64,000 bases of DNA from an uncultured Deinococcaceae bacterium (GTDB lineage Bacteria; Deinococcota; Deinococci; Deinococcales; Deinococcaceae), in assembly GCA_964252075.1 (NCBI GenBank), contig CAXULY010000004.1, positions 128,001-192,000 on the forward strand, in the 5' to 3' direction. The notes below the pieces were generated by a model that searched no databases, was not told the origin of the DNA, and saw only the letters and a program-made list of their open reading frames with translations. The position numbers and the translations under genes are program-made. This document shows positions 1 through 13,387 of the stretch, in pieces. Every line of letters begins with the position of its first letter. The stretch's first letter is position 1.

Positions 1-623
1 TGGACGGCATCGTGGCGGTCGCGCGGCGGCACGGCGCCGTCACGTACGTGGACGACGCGCACGGCAGCGGCGTGCTCGGTGAGGCGGGGCGCGGCACCGT
101 GCACCACTTCGGCCTGCAGGGCGCGGACGACGTGCTGCAGATCGGCACGCTCTCCAAGGCGTGGGGCGTGGTGGGCGGCTACGCGGCGGGCCCGCACGAC
201 CTGCGCGAGGTACTGCTGAACCGCGCGCGGCCCTATCTGTTCTCCACCGCGCAACCCCCCGCCGTGGTGGGCGCCCTGAGCGCCGCGCTGGAACTCGTGC
301 AGCGCGAACCGGAAATCATGGAGACGCTCTGGGCGAACACCCGCTACTTCAAAGCGGAACTGCAGCGCCTGGGCTTCGACACCTTCGGCAGCGAGACGCC
401 CATCACACCCGTGATTTTCGGGGAGGCCGAAGCAGCTTTCGAGGCCAGCCGCGCCCTGTTCGCCGAGGGGGTGTTCGCGGTGGGGCTCGGCTTCCCCACC
501 GTGCCGCGCGGCCTCGCGCGCATCCGCAACATCGTGACGGCCGAACACACGCGCGACGACCTGGATTACGCGCTCGCCGCGTACGAACGGGTGGGACGCG
601 GCCTGGGCGTCGTGGCGGGCTGA
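1..623 (+). CDS. PLP-dependent alpha-oxoamine synthase (Kbl/BioF family), 5'-truncated by window edge
   Basis: YVDDAHG and GTLSKA (PLP lysine) motifs; C-terminal FPTVP..ARIR. Confidence 0.9.
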   Translation, partial: DGIVAVARRHGAVTYVDDAHGSGVLGEAGRGTVHHFGLQGADDVLQIGTLSKAWGVVGGYAAGPHDLREVLLNRARPYLFSTAQPPAVVGALSAALELVQREPEIMETLWANTRYFKAELQRLGFDTFGSETPITPVIFGEAEAAFEASRALFAEGVFAVGLGFPTVPRGLARIRNIVTAEHTRDDLDYALAAYERVGRGLGVVAG

Positions 624-641
624 GGCTGACCCGGAGCGCCG

Positions 642-1028
642 ATGCCCACTGACGACACCCTGGATCGCCAGATCATGCTCGACGTCCTCGCAGCGGAGTT
701 GAAGCTGGAGGAGACCGACGCCAACAGCCACGTTGAGGGCCTGGCAGGACGCCTGAGCCACCTCTTCCCGCAGCATGTGACGGTGAGCCGCGAGTCGCGT
801 CCGGGACTGCCACAGCACCTGAGTATCGCCGTGGATCTGGGCGGCGCGCGCCTCGTGCTGCGAACGCACGACTGCCAGCTGATCTACGAGTCCGTCCTGC
901 GGGTGCATGGCATTGACTTGAGTCGCCAGCGGCTGAGTCAGCAGGCATGGCTGGAACAATTGACCGCCGCCATCGTCCGGCACACCGAAACCCTGCGTGC
1001 CAGCGAGCAGCTCAGGGACCTGCTGTGA
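642..1028 (+). CDS. hypothetical protein (128 aa), co-oriented with YbjQ-like gene
   Basis: Clean ORF with GGAG upstream; 15 nt before next gene. Confidence 0.7.
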   Translation: MPTDDTLDRQIMLDVLAAELKLEETDANSHVEGLAGRLSHLFPQHVTVSRESRPGLPQHLSIAVDLGGARLVLRTHDCQLIYESVLRVHGIDLSRQRLSQQAWLEQLTAAIVRHTETLRASEQLRDLL

Positions 1029-1043
1029 CCGAGCGGAGGCCAC

Positions 1044-1826
1044 ATGCAAGATCCTGAGAGTGCCCAACGCCTTGAACAGAACAAGACGGGGCTGTTCACC
1101 TCAGACCTTTCAGTTGCTGAGTTTCTGCTGCTCGACGAGCTCGGGTACAGGCCGCTCGGGCTGGTGATGGGCTCCTGTGTCTACCAGGTGGGCTTTCAGA
1201 GCGCCCCCTGGCGAGAAAGTCTGGAACTGACCGCCATCACCCAGGCCATGTACACCGCCCGGCACCTCGCCATGAGCCGCATGACTGAGGAAGCCCGTTA
1301 CCTGGGCGCCGCTGGCGTCGTCGGCATGCGCCTGGACATCGGCGGACAACACCTGGGGCTGGGGAATGGCGTCCTGGAATTCATGGCGGTCGGCACCGCC
1401 GTCGCCGCACCGCAGGATGAGGAACACACGCTGGACCCCTTCACATCCAACCTCTCGGGTCAGGAGTTCTACAAACTGCACCGGGGCGGCTTCCGCCCCG
1501 TGGGTCTGACGGTGGGGAACTGCGTGTACCACGTGGCGTATCAAGGCGGCTCCGTGTACGCGAGGGGCCACAGCAACGAGGAGATGACCCACTACACCAT
1601 CGCCATCTACCACGCCCGCGAGCTGGCCATGGACCGCATGCAGGCTGAAGGCATACGCGACCGCGCCATCGGGATTGTGGGCACGCGGATCAGCGAGCAC
1701 ACACGAGGGTGGGACAAACAGGTCTTCGAATTCCTCGCGATGGGAACCAGCATCCGCCGTGCCACGAACAGCAGCACAACATCACTGCGGCCCGAGCCCA
1801 GCATGGTCTTGAGCCTTGACGAGTGA
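1044..1826 (+). CDS. tandem YbjQ-like (UPF0145, putative heavy-metal-binding) domain protein
   Basis: Two internal repeats F(T)S(D/N)LS..EF..L...G(Y/F)RP.GL..G.CVY..AR.LAM.RM..E...GVVG..EF.A.GT; GGAGG RBS. Confidence 0.85.
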   Translation: MQDPESAQRLEQNKTGLFTSDLSVAEFLLLDELGYRPLGLVMGSCVYQVGFQSAPWRESLELTAITQAMYTARHLAMSRMTEEARYLGAAGVVGMRLDIGGQHLGLGNGVLEFMAVGTAVAAPQDEEHTLDPFTSNLSGQEFYKLHRGGFRPVGLTVGNCVYHVAYQGGSVYARGHSNEEMTHYTIAIYHARELAMDRMQAEGIRDRAIGIVGTRISEHTRGWDKQVFEFLAMGTSIRRATNSSTTSLRPEPSMVLSLDE

Positions 1827-1903
1827 GGTCGGATTTCAGGCAGGCACGACAGGTCAGGGGTGAGGAGGGAAGACAGTCAGCGGTTGTGGCCGCGCCCGTC
1901 TCC

Positions 1904-2707
1904 TCATTTCACCCCGACGCCCAGCAGGTGCGCGCTGGCGCCCAGCAGGCTGGGTTCTTCCTCCAGGGTGCGCACCACTGCCAGGAGTTCCGCGCGGCGC
2001 GTGGGGTCCTGCCAGTGCGCGCTGAGGTCGGGGAGCAGGTGCGCGACGCCCTCAATGGCGTACACGCGCACGTCACGCAGGCCCGCGGCGGTCAGCTCGG
2101 CGCGGAGCTCGTCGGGGTGGTGGAAGTACGCGGTGGTGAACCAGCCGGGGCGCCCCTCGGGGTTCTCGTGCTGCCCGGTGGCGAGGTCCCGGTCGCGAAT
2201 GGCGCGGAAGGCGAGGTCCGCGTGGAGGTTCCTCCAGAGGCCGTCCAGGGTGGATGCGAAGCGTGAGATGCTGGCGGCCAGCACGGTCCCGCCGGGCCGC
2301 AGGGTGCGGCGCGCCTCGGTGAGTGCCGCGTGGCGGTCCTCGGCGCGCGTGAGGTGGTAGAGGGGGCCGAGCAGCAGGACGGTATCGGCCGCGCCATCGG
2401 GGTACGGGAGGGCGCGGGCGTCCCCGAGGGTCACGGTCGCGAGGGCCTGCAGGGTGGGGTCGGCGCGCACGCGGTCCACGTGCGTGGGCATGGCGTCGAG
2501 GTAATGAACGGTGTGGCCGTCCTGCAGGAGGGCGCGGGCGTAAGGTCCGGTGCCGCCGCCCACGTCGAGGATGACGGCGGGCGTGGGGGGCAGGTGGCGG
2601 CGCACGAATTCGAGGGTGCGCGTGAACTCCAGCGGTCCGGCGCCGCCTTGCAGGCGGGTGTGCTCGCGGTCCTGGCCGGAGTCGGTCTGCAGTCGCGCGG
2701 TGTCCAT
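1904..2707 (-). CDS. class I SAM-dependent methyltransferase
   Basis: ILDVGGGTG motif I, GDARALP, LLLGPLYHL, LRPGG; start chosen at ATG 2707. Confidence 0.88.
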   Translation of the reverse strand: MDTARLQTDSGQDREHTRLQGGAGPLEFTRTLEFVRRHLPPTPAVILDVGGGTGPYARALLQDGHTVHYLDAMPTHVDRVRADPTLQALATVTLGDARALPYPDGAADTVLLLGPLYHLTRAEDRHAALTEARRTLRPGGTVLAASISRFASTLDGLWRNLHADLAFRAIRDRDLATGQHENPEGRPGWFTTAYFHHPDELRAELTAAGLRDVRVYAIEGVAHLLPDLSAHWQDPTRRAELLAVVRTLEEEPSLLGASAHLLGVGVK

Positions 2708-2739
2708 ATGCCACGGTAGCGGGCGGGGGGCGCGGTCAT

Positions 2740-2782
2740 GCGCCTGAAGCGAGGTGGCCCTCTGCCACCTCGCTTCAGGCGC
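2740..2782. terminator. 19-bp perfect inverted repeat (hairpin), probable terminator of the decayed gene upstream on the minus strand
   Basis: GCGCCTGAAGCGAGGTGGC-CCTCT-GCCACCTCGCTTCAGGCGC. Confidence 0.55.
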
Positions 2783-3056
2783 TGAGGTGCGTGTGCTGGA
2801 AGGTGTCGGGGGCTTGAGGCCGTCGCCGCTCGCGCGGTCAAGCGCGGTAGGGAACAGGGGCGGTGCCGAGCGCCGCATGTGGGGCCCGCGCTGTGGCCGA
2901 AGCGGCAGGCGAGGAAGCTGAGGTGCGTCAGGAAGCCCAGCCGCCAGCCCCACGCGTCGTCGAGGGCTAGGGATGCGGTGACGGTGCCCGCCAGAGGGTG
3001 AGGCCTTCGAGGCGCAGCAAGGTGCTCCGTCTGCGGCGGAGAGTGTAGGTCTTCAT
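2775..3056 (-). pseudogene. decayed DUF4260-family membrane protein
   Basis: Pieces in different frames: TLLRLEGL..., LDRASGDGLKPPT, FQHTHLSA-stop. These match the family pattern LLRLEGL...DRALGYGLK...F.HTHL. Confidence 0.6.
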
Positions 3057-3192
3057 GGCCGAGCTCCATGCAAGGCGTCCATTGTTCCCCGTTAGTGCCC
3101 ATCGCGGGAACTTCCAGGGATCAAGACGGACGTTGTCCGCTTCCCCGCACGGCTTTACAAATCGCTATGGGCGGGCACTCTAGCCTGCTCCC

Positions 3193-3630
3193 ATGCTCTT
3201 CACCATCGGGTATGAGGGCGCGCCGCTCGACGCCCTCATCGACACCCTGCGCGGCGCGGGCGTGCAGACGCTCGTGGACGTGCGGGAGCGCGCGCAGAGC
3301 CGCCGCCGCGGCTACTCCAAGACCGCCCTCGCGGAAGCGCTGGCGGGCGCGGGCATCCGCTACCTGCACCTGCGCGCCCTCGGCACGCCCCCCACCCTCC
3401 GCAAACCCTACAAGCTGGACCACGACTTCGCCGCGCTCACGCGCGGTTACGCGGCCCACCTGGCCACCCAGGGCGAGGTGCTGGAGGAGCTTGGCGCGCT
3501 CGCCGCACGCGAGTGCACCTGCCTGCTGTGTTACGAGGCCGAAGCGCACACCTGCCACCGCTCCCTGATCACGGAGCGCCTGCAGGCGATGGGCCTGCTG
3601 GACGCCGCGGAGCACCTGCACGTGGTGTGA
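3193..3630 (+). CDS. DUF488 family protein
   Basis: LFTIGYEG, LVDVR, SRRRGYSK, LLCYE..CHR motifs; leaderless (TAGCCT at 3181). Confidence 0.9.
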   Translation: MLFTIGYEGAPLDALIDTLRGAGVQTLVDVRERAQSRRRGYSKTALAEALAGAGIRYLHLRALGTPPTLRKPYKLDHDFAALTRGYAAHLATQGEVLEELGALAARECTCLLCYEAEAHTCHRSLITERLQAMGLLDAAEHLHVV

Positions 3631-3723
3631 CGCGCCCACCAAGATTTTTACCGCGCTTTAACACTCCTGCGCGAGATTCTGGGCGGACCACCGCACCTAT
3701 CCGCGGCGCGCCTCCCAGCCCCC

Positions 3724-4731
3724 ATGACCCCACCCACGCCCCGCCCCTCCTTCCTCGCCCGCGCGTGGCGGGCCGCCCGTCCGCCGCACCAGCACCGCGC
3801 CGCATTCGAGGGCGTGCTGGGCACCGCCCTCGACCTTCACCTCGTCACGGAACGCCCCGAGCAGGCGCGGGCCGCCGAGGACGCCCTCCTCGCGGAGATC
3901 AGTCGGCTGGAGCGGATCTTCAGCCGCTTCGACCCGGACAGCGAACTGAACCGCTGGCTGGGCGCGCCGCACGAGGCGCCCACCTCACGCGAACTGGGCG
4001 ACCTGCTGCGCACGAGCCTGCAGTGGCTGCACCGCACGAGCGGCGCCTTCCACCCTGGCGCGGACGCGCTCGGCGACCTGTGGCGCCGCTGCGCCCACGA
4101 GGGCCGCACGCCCAGCGAGGCGGACCGCGCGGCGCTGACCGAGCGGTTGCGCGGCCCGCCCTACGCCGTCCGCGCGGACGGGCGGGCCGCGACGCGCCTC
4201 AAGCCCCTCACCCTGAACTTCAACGCCATCGCGAAGGGCCGCATCGTGGACGCCGCCTGCCACGCCGCCCTCACCGTGCCCGGCGTGCGCGAGGTGCTGC
4301 TGAACATCGGCGGGGACCTGCGCCACCATGGCGCGCGAGCCCGCACGGTCGCCATCGCGGACCCCTTCACGCGCGCGGACAACGCCCCACCCAGCGCGGT
4401 GCTGCGCGTGCAGAATCAGGGCGTCGCCACGAGCGGCGGCACGCACCGCGGTTACCGGGTGGGCGAGCATTGGTTCACGCACGTCCTCGATCCGCGCACG
4501 GGTCTGCCCGCGGACGCCGTGGCGGGCGTGAGCGTCATCGCGCCGGACTGCGCCACCGCCGACGTCCTCGCCACCGCCCTGAACGTCCTGCCGCCCGAGG
4601 AGGGCCTCGCCCTCGCGGACGCCCTGCCGGACGTCGGCTGCCTCATCACCACCCGCGACCGCCAGCGACTCACGAACGCCCACTGGCGGGCGCACGCCCT
4701 CCCCTCCCCCACCCCCCGAGGTCCGTCATGA
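3724..4731 (+). CDS. apbE: FAD:protein FMN transferase (ApbE)
   Basis: FSRFDPDSEL, NAIAKG.IVD, NIGGD, VATSG, HVLDPRTG, ADVLATAL. Confidence 0.92.
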   Translation: MTPPTPRPSFLARAWRAARPPHQHRAAFEGVLGTALDLHLVTERPEQARAAEDALLAEISRLERIFSRFDPDSELNRWLGAPHEAPTSRELGDLLRTSLQWLHRTSGAFHPGADALGDLWRRCAHEGRTPSEADRAALTERLRGPPYAVRADGRAATRLKPLTLNFNAIAKGRIVDAACHAALTVPGVREVLLNIGGDLRHHGARARTVAIADPFTRADNAPPSAVLRVQNQGVATSGGTHRGYRVGEHWFTHVLDPRTGLPADAVAGVSVIAPDCATADVLATALNVLPPEEGLALADALPDVGCLITTRDRQRLTNAHWRAHALPSPTPRGPS

Positions 4732-5312
4732 AACGCCCGCCGCTGAACCCCCTCCTCACCCGCCGCGGTTTCCTCGCGCGCAGCGCCGCCGCCGCCCTCA
4801 CCGTCGCGCTCGGGCGCCTCGGCACCGCGGGCGCGCAGGCCGCCACCCCCAGATTCAGCGGCGCGATGGAACTCGCCGTGAACTTCACCCTCACCCCACC
4901 AACCTCCGGGCGCGCGCAGCGGCCCTACATCGCCGTGTGGCTGGAGAACAGCTCCGGTCAGCCGGTCCGCACGCTGAGCCTGTGGGTGAACACCTCCGGG
5001 CGCGGCCAGCGGTACATCCGCGAGCTCAGGCGCTGGTTTCAGGACACGCAGGGCGGCGGCCCCCTCATTGACGCGGTGTCCAGCCCCACCCGGATGCCCG
5101 GCCAGTACAGCGTCAGCTGGGACGGCCGCGACGACCGCGGCGCGCCCGTCGCGCTCGGCGAGTACGCGCTGTGCATTGAGTACGCCCGCGAGCACGGCCC
5201 CTACGACCTCATCCGTGAGAAGGTGACGCTCGGGAACGCGCCCTTCAGGAAGGCCCTGCCTGGGAACGCCGAGGTGGGCGAGGTGAGCGTTGAGTACCGC
5301 ACGCGGGCCTGA
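4728..5312 (+). CDS. Tat-exported DUF2271 domain protein (putative flavinylation substrate)
   Basis: TRRGFL Tat motif; RPYIAVWLE, VRTLSLW, DAVSSPT, WDGRDD.G, EYAREHG; ATGA overlap with apbE. Confidence 0.85.
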   Translation: MKRPPLNPLLTRRGFLARSAAAALTVALGRLGTAGAQAATPRFSGAMELAVNFTLTPPTSGRAQRPYIAVWLENSSGQPVRTLSLWVNTSGRGQRYIRELRRWFQDTQGGGPLIDAVSSPTRMPGQYSVSWDGRDDRGAPVALGEYALCIEYAREHGPYDLIREKVTLGNAPFRKALPGNAEVGEVSVEYRTRA

Positions 5313-5919
5313 GCGCGCCGCGCGCCCGGAGCGCCGCCCCCGCACCCTGAAGGCCCGCACCTTCGGGTGGCTGCGCTGGCTGCACATCTACACCAGCATG
5401 GTGAGCCTGCTGGTCGTGCTGTTCTTCGCGCTGACGGGCATCACCCTGAACCACCCGGACTGGACCTTCGGCGGCGCGGAACGCCAGCGCGAGGTCGCCG
5501 GACAGCTCCCCGCGAACTGGCGGTCCGGCACGCAGGTGAACTGGCTGACCGTGGACGAGACCCTGCGGCAGGCGGGCCTGCACGGCGTCGCGCAGGACCC
5601 GCGCAGCGACGACCAGGGCGCCACCCTGAGTTTCCGCGCGCCCGGCTACTCCGCCGACGTGACCGTCACGCCCACCGGACAGTACACCGCGAACGTGGAC
5701 GAGCAGGGCGCGCTGGCGGTCCTGAACGACTTCCACCGCGGTCGCGACGCGGGCGGCGCGTGGGCGTGGGTGGTGGACCTCTCCGGGGCGTTCCTGGCGG
5801 TCATCTCGCTGACGGGCCTGGGCCTCATGCTGTACCTGCGGAAGGTGCGCGCGGCGGCCCTCGCGACCCTGCTAGGCGGCGCGGCGCTCGTGGTGGTGCT
5901 GATGAAGCTCGCCGCCTGA
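5290..5919 (+). CDS. PepSY-associated TM helix domain protein
   Basis: RWLHIYTSM, LFFALTGITLNH, LNDFHRGRDAG..W..VVD, SLTGL. Confidence 0.88.
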   Translation: MSTARGPERAARPERRPRTLKARTFGWLRWLHIYTSMVSLLVVLFFALTGITLNHPDWTFGGAERQREVAGQLPANWRSGTQVNWLTVDETLRQAGLHGVAQDPRSDDQGATLSFRAPGYSADVTVTPTGQYTANVDEQGALAVLNDFHRGRDAGGAWAWVVDLSGAFLAVISLTGLGLMLYLRKVRAAALATLLGGAALVVVLMKLAA

Positions 5920-5947
5920 CCGCAAGACACCGTAGGATGAACGGCAC

Positions 5948-6703
5948 ATGACCCGCCCCGCCCGCCGCCGCTCCCGCCGCCTCGTGTGGTTGGCGGCGGC
6001 GCTGCTGCTGCTGGCCGCGCTGATCCTGATCTTCCGCGTGCAGCTCACCGTGCCGCCCGCGCAGGCCCTCGCGCGCGGGGACGACCTGCTGCGCGCGCGG
6101 ACGGTGCTCGCCATCGTGGGGCACCCGGACGACCTGGAGTGGTACATCGGCGGGACGCTGCACCGCCTCGCTCAAGCCGGCGCGAACGTGCAGGTGGTCG
6201 TCGCGACGAACGGCGAGAAGGGTCCGAACCGCACCGACAGCCCCGACCTGCCCCGCACGCGCCGCGCGGAACAGCTCGCGGCGGCGCGCGTGAACGGCTA
6301 CACCCGCGTGCGCTTCCTGGGCCTGCCGGACCGCGGCTCGGCGCGCGACCCGCGTTTCCTGCCAGACGTGAAGGCGATCTACCAGGAGGTGCGCCCGGAC
6401 GCGGTGTTCCTCTTCGACCCCAGCTTCCCCGCCCTGCCGTACCTGCACGTGGATCACCAGGGCACCGCGCGGGCCTTCCTGACGTACTGGGGTGCGCTCG
6501 GCGCGGACCGCCCGCCCGTGTACCTGTTCCAGACGCGCCGCCCGGACGCCGCCGTGGACATCAGCGCCGTCATGGGCACCAAGGCGCGCGCCCTCGCGCA
6601 GCACGTCAGCCAGAACGGCGGGAGCGGCCAGGGCATGCGCCGCCTGTTCAACGGGCGCGCGGTGGGCGTGGCGTCCGCCGAGTTCTTCCGCGTGCTGCGT
6701 TAA
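5948..6703 (+). CDS. PIG-L/LmbE family deacetylase with N-terminal membrane anchor
   Basis: HPDD, TNGEKG, R.AEQ, H.DH, H.SQ motifs. Confidence 0.88.
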   Translation: MTRPARRRSRRLVWLAAALLLLAALILIFRVQLTVPPAQALARGDDLLRARTVLAIVGHPDDLEWYIGGTLHRLAQAGANVQVVVATNGEKGPNRTDSPDLPRTRRAEQLAAARVNGYTRVRFLGLPDRGSARDPRFLPDVKAIYQEVRPDAVFLFDPSFPALPYLHVDHQGTARAFLTYWGALGADRPPVYLFQTRRPDAAVDISAVMGTKARALAQHVSQNGGSGQGMRRLFNGRAVGVASAEFFRVLR

Positions 6704-6864
6704 AGCGTTCCAGCGCGCAATTTGGCCGTTCGCTCAGCGTTCGGCCAAGTGGGGTTCACAGCCGCTTCACAGGCGGCGCGGCGGAGCGTGCAGACAATAA
6801 ACCCTGTCGGCGGAACGCGCTCGCCGCCCGCACCGCTCCCCACCTCACTTACAGGAGGCCCCAC

Positions 6865-7947
6865 ATGGCCACGGATCACCCACGCCCACCGCACGACGAG
6901 ACGACCGACGCCGCGCCCACCACCACGCAACCCACGCGCCGCACCATGATCGGGCGGCTCGGCACGGGACTCCTCACGGTCTTCGCGGCGCCCGCCGCGC
7001 TCGCGCAGCGGAACGCCACCTCCGCCACCACCCAGCCGTCCGTGTCGCAGCGCCCCCCCGGACAGAGCATCAAGCGCGACCCCACCACCCAGTACGTCCG
7101 CCCGCCTTTCCAGAAGCAGACGCAGCCCTGGCCGGGCCTCGCGGGCAAGATGATCCCCAAGCCCGACCACGGCGAGACCACCTACCAGGGCTCCGGGCGC
7201 CTGATCGGCCGCAAGGCGCTCATCACGGGCGGGGACAGCGGCATCGGGCGGGCCGTCGCGATCGCCTTCGCGCGCGAGGGCGCGGACGTCGCCATCAACT
7301 ACCTCCCGGTCGAGGAGCCCGACGCGCGCGAAGTCGTTCAGCTGATCCGCGCGGCGGGCCGCAAGGCCGTCGCGATTCCCGGTGACATCCGCAGCGAGGC
7401 CTTCTGCAACCAGCTCGTCGCGGAGGCGGTGCGTCAGCTGGGCGGCCTGGACATCCTCGTGAACAACGCGGCGCGCCAGCACCAGGTGGGCTCCATCATG
7501 GACCTCACCACCGAGCTGTTCGACTGGACCTTGAAAACCAACCTGTACGCGATGTTCTGGATCACGAAGGCCGCCATGCCGCACTTCCAGCCGGGCGCCG
7601 TGATCATCAATACCGCGTCCGAGCAGGCGTACGACCCGTCCGCGAACCTGCTGGATTACGCGCAGACGAAGGCGGCCATCGTGAACTTCACGAAGTCCCT
7701 CGCGAAGCAGCAGGCGCACCGCGGCATCCGCGTGAACGCCGTGGCGCCCGGCCCGATCTGGACGCCCCTGCAGCCGAGCGGCGGGCAGGACCCGAACAAA
7801 CTCCCGCAGTTCGGCGCGGACACTCCCATGGGCCGCCCCGGTCAGCCCGCGGAACTCGCTCCCGTGTACGTGCAGCTGGCCTCGCAGGAAAGCAGTTACG
7901 CCACCGCGCAGGTGTACGGCGTGAACGGCGGCAACGCGCAACCCTGA
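6865..7947 (+). CDS. SDR oxidoreductase (YghA/YdaD-like) with Tat-like N-terminal extension
   Basis: [17 protein letters not shown] (YxxxK), [18 protein letters not shown] before ATG 6865. Confidence 0.9.
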   Translation: MATDHPRPPHDETTDAAPTTTQPTRRTMIGRLGTGLLTVFAAPAALAQRNATSATTQPSVSQRPPGQSIKRDPTTQYVRPPFQKQTQPWPGLAGKMIPKPDHGETTYQGSGRLIGRKALITGGDSGIGRAVAIAFAREGADVAINYLPVEEPDAREVVQLIRAAGRKAVAIPGDIRSEAFCNQLVAEAVRQLGGLDILVNNAARQHQVGSIMDLTTELFDWTLKTNLYAMFWITKAAMPHFQPGAVIINTASEQAYDPSANLLDYAQTKAAIVNFTKSLAKQQAHRGIRVNAVAPGPIWTPLQPSGGQDPNKLPQFGADTPMGRPGQPAELAPVYVQLASQESSYATAQVYGVNGGNAQP

Positions 7948-7966
7948 CCGACCGAAACGTGTGGCA

Positions 7967-8012
7967 TGGCTGCCTGCGAGCGAAGGATCATTTCTTCGCT
8001 TGCAGGCAGCCA
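7967..8012 (+). terminator. 21-bp stem-loop between convergent genes
   Basis: TGGCTGCCTGCGAGCGAAGGA-TCAT-TTCTTCGCTTGCAGGCAGCCA with two G-U pairs on the + strand. Confidence 0.55.
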
Positions 8013-8130
8013 CCCTTTATCGACACGCCCCATCCCCGGCCCCATGGGTGACTTGCGAACGGACTTCGCGAGGAGCCGCGCTGCTCCACAGGCGGCCCCA
8101 TCCAGGCGCCAGGGTGCGGGCCAAGTCCAC

Positions 8131-8697
8131 TCAGCCCCAGTCGTCGTCCGGCGCGCCGCCCGCCTGCGGGGCGGGGAACCAGGGGTACGCGGCGGCCAGC
8201 GCCGCGTCCAGCTGAACGGCAAGCGCGCGCCGCACGAAACGCTCCTCCGGCGCCGTGAGTGACCCCGCGCCGCCCGCCACGCGCCGCAACTCCCCGTCCA
8301 GCGCCCGCGCGTACGGCTCACGCGCCTTGCGCACCGCGCCCTTCCGGATGGGCTGAGGGGTGATGCCGGGCGTCCACTCCCCCACCAGCGCCGAAAGCAG
8401 GCGCTCCCGGTTGGCCCTCCGCGTGCGGCCCGCGCGCTCGGCCCGCTCGCGGGCGTCCATCGCGCGCGCCTGCGCCACCAGGAAGCGCTCCTCCCGCTCG
8501 GCGTCCGTCACGCGCTCCTCGCGGTAGAGCTTCACGGGCGGCAGGCGTCGGCGCCCCATCTTCAGGCCGTTGGGGCGGGTCAGGTCGTGCTCGCCCAGGA
8601 ACTCACGGATGAGGCGCGCCGTCCAGCCGCGCTCCTTGAGGTCCTGCGTGGCGAGGAAGCCTTCCGGCGTGACGGGTGGCGGCGAACGCTTGGGCAT
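8131..8697 (-). CDS. hypothetical protein, possible DNA-binding domain
   Basis: Genome-typical codon usage; LKERGWT..LI.EFLGE.D...PN...VKLY...RV..AE pattern. Confidence 0.7.
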   Translation of the reverse strand: MPKRSPPPVTPEGFLATQDLKERGWTARLIREFLGEHDLTRPNGLKMGRRRLPPVKLYREERVTDAEREERFLVAQARAMDARERAERAGRTRRANRERLLSALVGEWTPGITPQPIRKGAVRKAREPYARALDGELRRVAGGAGSLTAPEERFVRRALAVQLDAALAAAYPWFPAPQAGGAPDDDWG

Positions 8698-8865
8698 AGG
8701 GCAGCAGGCTCCTGGGGTGACGGGATCAGACGCCGCAGTGTACGACCCGCGCGCCCCGCGGCGCCCATCCGAGAAGGGACGGGCGTGAGGACCGGTTGCC
8801 CACTCAGCTCAGCGCGTGTTGACCATTCGCGGCGGACATCGCGGGGAGGGTGCTGCCCGTGGCCC

Positions 8866-9267
8866 TCACGCGCGCTTCTTCCCGCCGGACGCGGCGAACG
8901 TGGCGGCCTCACGGATGAGCGCCCTGAACGCCTGAGCGTCAAGCTCCGCGCCCTCGTGGAGGTCGATGGCGCGCCGGGCGTTCCCCTCAAGGCTGGCGTT
9001 GAAAAGCCCAGCTGGGTCCGGCAGGGAAGCGCCCTTCGGGAAGGTCAGCTTCACCGCCGCCTTGTACGCCTCCCCCGTGCAGAGGATGCCCCCGTGAGAC
9101 CAGACGGGCACGCCCCACTTCCACTCCTCGGTTCCCTCCGGGTCGGCCTCGCGGATGAGGGCGCGCACCCGCGCGAGCGTCTCGCCCCGCCAGTCCTGCA
9201 GACTGGCAATCCGCTCGGAGATGAGCACGGAGGCCGCTTCACCCGTCGCCTGGGGTCGCCCCGTCAT
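8866..9267 (-). CDS. DUF1801 (YdhG-like) protein
   Basis: DWRGETLARVRALI, EEWKWGVPVWSH.G, VKLTF.KGA.L.DP..LFNASLEG..RRAID. Confidence 0.9.
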   Translation of the reverse strand: MTGRPQATGEAASVLISERIASLQDWRGETLARVRALIREADPEGTEEWKWGVPVWSHGGILCTGEAYKAAVKLTFPKGASLPDPAGLFNASLEGNARRAIDLHEGAELDAQAFRALIREAATFAASGGKKRA

Positions 9268-9316
9268 GAGGTCACCCTGCCCTTGAAAGCCGTGGCTTCA
9301 GGTGGTCTCTGCGTGC

Positions 9317-13297
<3,981 letters not shown>

Positions 13298-13387
13298 GCG
13301 GACAGGATAGAGCGGCCCGGGAAAGAGCGGGGTAATGTGGGGGCTTGACAGACGCAGCAATTTTTACATGGCAAGCGTCCATCGTTC

